Below are positions 61,546 to 64,000 of a DNA stretch of 64,000 nt, in pieces. The DNA lies in assembly GCA_963830915.1 (NCBI GenBank), contig CAWHOE010000051.1, positions 119,945-183,944 on the forward strand. The letters run 5' to 3'. Within the stretch, counting starts at the first letter, position 1. Each line of letters starts with the position of its first letter. Under the pieces are notes generated by a model. The model worked only from the letters and a program-made list of their open reading frames with translations. It ran no database searches and was not told where the DNA came from. The translations under genes and the position numbers were made by a program. The stretch comes from a candidate division FCPU426 bacterium (GTDB lineage Bacteria; Oederibacteriota; Muellerivitia; Muellerivitales; Muellerivitaceae).

Positions 61546-62481
61546 ATGTCTCTCGATCTCTTCTTGGACGACAATGAGCTTGTGGCGCGGATCGGTGAAC
61601 TCAAGAAAAAAAGGAACGCGATCATCCTGGCCCATAGTTATGAGAGGCCGGAGATCCAGGATGTCGCCGATTATGTCGGCGATTCGCTCGAGTTGTCCAA
61701 ATTAGCCGCGAAAAATTCCGCCGATATCATCGTCTTTTGCAGCGTCCATTTCATGGCTGAAACCGCCAAGATCCTTTCCCCGGAGAAGTTGGTCTTGTTG
61801 CCGGCCGCCGAGGCTGGCTGCCCCTTGGCCGACATGATCACGCCTGAGCAGCTTGAAAAAGAAAAGAAGAAATATCCCAACGCTTCCGTCGTGGCCTATG
61901 TCAATTGTTCCGCCGAAATAAAAGCCCTGTCGGATGTTTGCTGTACCTCCGCGAACGCTCTCCAGGTGGTCAACGCCCAACCCCAGGAAGAGATATTGTT
62001 CGTTCCGGATCAACACCTGGGACGATGGGTCCAGCAAAATACCAAGAAAAAGATGATCTTATGGGCGGGATGCTGCCCGACCCACCAACGCATGAAGCCC
62101 CAGGATATCCTTGACCTCAAGGGGAAATACCCGGACGCGGTGATCCTGGTCCATCCTGAATCGAATGAGGATATCTGTAAGTTGGCCGATGAGATCCTTT
62201 CCACCTCCCAGATGCTGCGCTTCTGCCAGGGCAGCGACGCGAAAACTTTTATCATCGGCACCGAAATGGGCCTTTTGCACAGGCTCAGGACGGCCATGCC
62301 GGATAAAACCTTCCTTCAGCCTAGTAAAGGGTTGATCTGTCCCAATATGAAAATGACCCAATTGGAGGATGTTTATGAGTCTTTGCTCCAACTCCAGCAT
62401 CCTATTGAGATACCCGAGCCGATCAGGGTCAAAGCGCTTCGGGCGATCGATGGCATGCTCGCCGCGATGCCGTTAAAATAG
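61546..62481 (+). CDS. nadA: quinolinate synthase
   Basis: ILAHSY, GDSL, FMAETAKIL, AGCPLAD, HPE, CPNMK. Confidence 0.96.
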   Translation: MSLDLFLDDNELVARIGELKKKRNAIILAHSYERPEIQDVADYVGDSLELSKLAAKNSADIIVFCSVHFMAETAKILSPEKLVLLPAAEAGCPLADMITPEQLEKEKKKYPNASVVAYVNCSAEIKALSDVCCTSANALQVVNAQPQEEILFVPDQHLGRWVQQNTKKKMILWAGCCPTHQRMKPQDILDLKGKYPDAVILVHPESNEDICKLADEILSTSQMLRFCQGSDAKTFIIGTEMGLLHRLRTAMPDKTFLQPSKGLICPNMKMTQLEDVYESLLQLQHPIEIPEPIRVKALRAIDGMLAAMPLK

Positions 62482-62536
62482 TTAAAATAAAGCGGAACTT
62501 TTTAAGCTTATTTGAAATTACCATCGAGGGATAAAA

Positions 62537-63517
62537 TTGACTTTGGTAAACGATCCATCCGACCCGCGCGTCGCCATCAAGATCAAAGATCTTTCCAAGA
62601 CCTACAAAACCGGCTTTTGGTTCCTCCCCAAAGTAACGAAAGCCTTGAAGTCCTTGACCCTGGACATCCAGGAGAACCAGGCCTTTGGTTTATTGGGCCT
62701 GAATGGGGCGGGAAAAACCACCGCCATCAAACTGATCCTTGGCCTTTTAAAACCCACTTCCGGGAACATCTCCATCTTGGGCGGCAAGATATCCGATCGT
62801 TCCATCAGGAACGTCATCGGGTACCTGCCCGAACTTCCTTATTTCTCCAAGCAACACACGGGAAGGGAATTGCTCCTTTATTTTGGTTCCCTTCACCATT
62901 TGGGTGGAAAAGAATTGAAGATCCGCGTGGACGAGATATTGGAATTGGTCCGGATGACCAAATCGGCCGATCAAAGGGTTTCGGGTTATTCAAAGGGGAT
63001 GCTCCAAAGGATCGGTATCGGACAAGCGCTCATCGGGAAACCCAAGCTTCTCATTTGCGATGAACCCATGAGCGGGTTGGACCCGGTCGGTTACAAGGAA
63101 ATGCGGGATATTTTCATCGACCTTAAAAAAACCGGCACCACGCTATTCTTGAACACCCATATTTTGGATGAGGTGGAAAGGATCTGTGATCGGGTGGGCA
63201 TCCTTCACGAGGGGGTATTGCTGGATAACCGCTCGGTTCCGGAAATCCTTTCATCCTCCGTCCCGGTGGATTATTGGGTGGATGTGGACCGGCATGAGGC
63301 GGACAAGCTTTCCGGCATGCCGTTCCAAGAATCGATCCAAAAACATGGAGGTGTTCAAGTCGCCAGTTTGGTCCTGGCGGAAACCTTGTCCCTGTTGACC
63401 GTGAGGAAGGTCAAGATCAAGTCCGTACGGCCCCTTTCGTCGGTGGTTGAGGCCTACTTTCTCAAGACGATCGGCATGAACCAATACCTGAATATGACCC
63501 GGGAGGACCCTACATGA
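62537..63517 (+). CDS. ABC transporter ATP-binding protein
   Basis: GLNGAGKTT, YSKGMLQR, ICDEPMSGLD, H-loop. Confidence 0.93.
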   Translation: MTLVNDPSDPRVAIKIKDLSKTYKTGFWFLPKVTKALKSLTLDIQENQAFGLLGLNGAGKTTAIKLILGLLKPTSGNISILGGKISDRSIRNVIGYLPELPYFSKQHTGRELLLYFGSLHHLGGKELKIRVDEILELVRMTKSADQRVSGYSKGMLQRIGIGQALIGKPKLLICDEPMSGLDPVGYKEMRDIFIDLKKTGTTLFLNTHILDEVERICDRVGILHEGVLLDNRSVPEILSSSVPVDYWVDVDRHEADKLSGMPFQESIQKHGGVQVASLVLAETLSLLTVRKVKIKSVRPLSSVVEAYFLKTIGMNQYLNMTREDPT

Positions 63518-64000
63518 GGAATATCCTGTCGGTCACTTTCTTCACTTTCCGCGAACTTAACACCAAAAGCAAAATGCTGTATGTTTGGTCCATCAGCGTG
63601 GTGGTCCTGTGCGGGCTTTCTTTCCTTTATCGATCCTTAGCTATGGGGACATCCTCCGAATATTCATGGACCTGGGTTTGGTGGGGATCGAGGCCTCCGG
63701 GTTGATCGTGCTTATGCTCGGTTTGGCCGTGACTTATACGACCGAAATGGATCAAAAGGCCATTTTTCTCCAATTGGCCAAACCGGTCACGAGAGGGGAG
63801 TACTTGTTGGGGCGCATTTTGGGGTTCTACCTGATCAACGCCCTGGTGATCCTCGGTATGGCGGCGGTCGTGATCTTCCTCGTGGTTTTCATCGGCGGCG
63901 GCCAAGTCCCGGCCCTGTTTTATTCTTGCTTGGCCTTTATCCTTCTTGAGATGTTCGTGCTCAATACCTTAGGGCTCACTTTGCAGGTCATCGGGACCAC
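63514..64000 (+). CDS. ABC-2 type permease; -1 frameshift near 63627; runs off the window
   Basis: The second frame reads SILSYGDILRIFMDLGL...EMDQKAIFLQLAKPVTRGEYLLGRILG. Confidence 0.8.

Overview
A bacterial chromosome segment, probably from a diderm (it has lnt and a beta-barrel outer-membrane protein), with almost all genes on the + strand. The core genes are pgk-tpiA-secG, lnt, argC, uvrBC, a sigma54-type two-component system, rph-rdgB, eight tRNAs, a GH94 phosphorylase, spoVS, dgt, argDFGH, lysA-dapAB-dapL, folK-dNK-panBCD-nadA and an ABC transporter. A carbohydrate theme runs through it: two LacI regulators with candidate operators, a CBM9-plus-GH-A modular hydrolase, and a Thr/Pro-stalked lipoprotein with three CBM-like domains behind a textbook sigma54 promoter. 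The most notable feature is a complete 9.87 kb element integrated in tRNA-Arg(TCT), bounded by perfect 49 bp att repeats at 29308-29356 and 39178-39226. It looks like a phage satellite: integrase, AlpA/Xis, Toprim primase-helicase with an adjacent origin, its own small and large terminase, a miniature protease/scaffold-like protein and three cargo genes. It has no recognisable portal, capsid, tail or CI-type repressor. It also carries an array of seven abutting RNA hairpins with related loops and three hairpins that bury ribosome-binding sites, which suggests RNA-level control. Four genes are each broken by an apparent single-base deletion, most likely assembly errors. All family calls are from motif recognition by eye; no searches were run.
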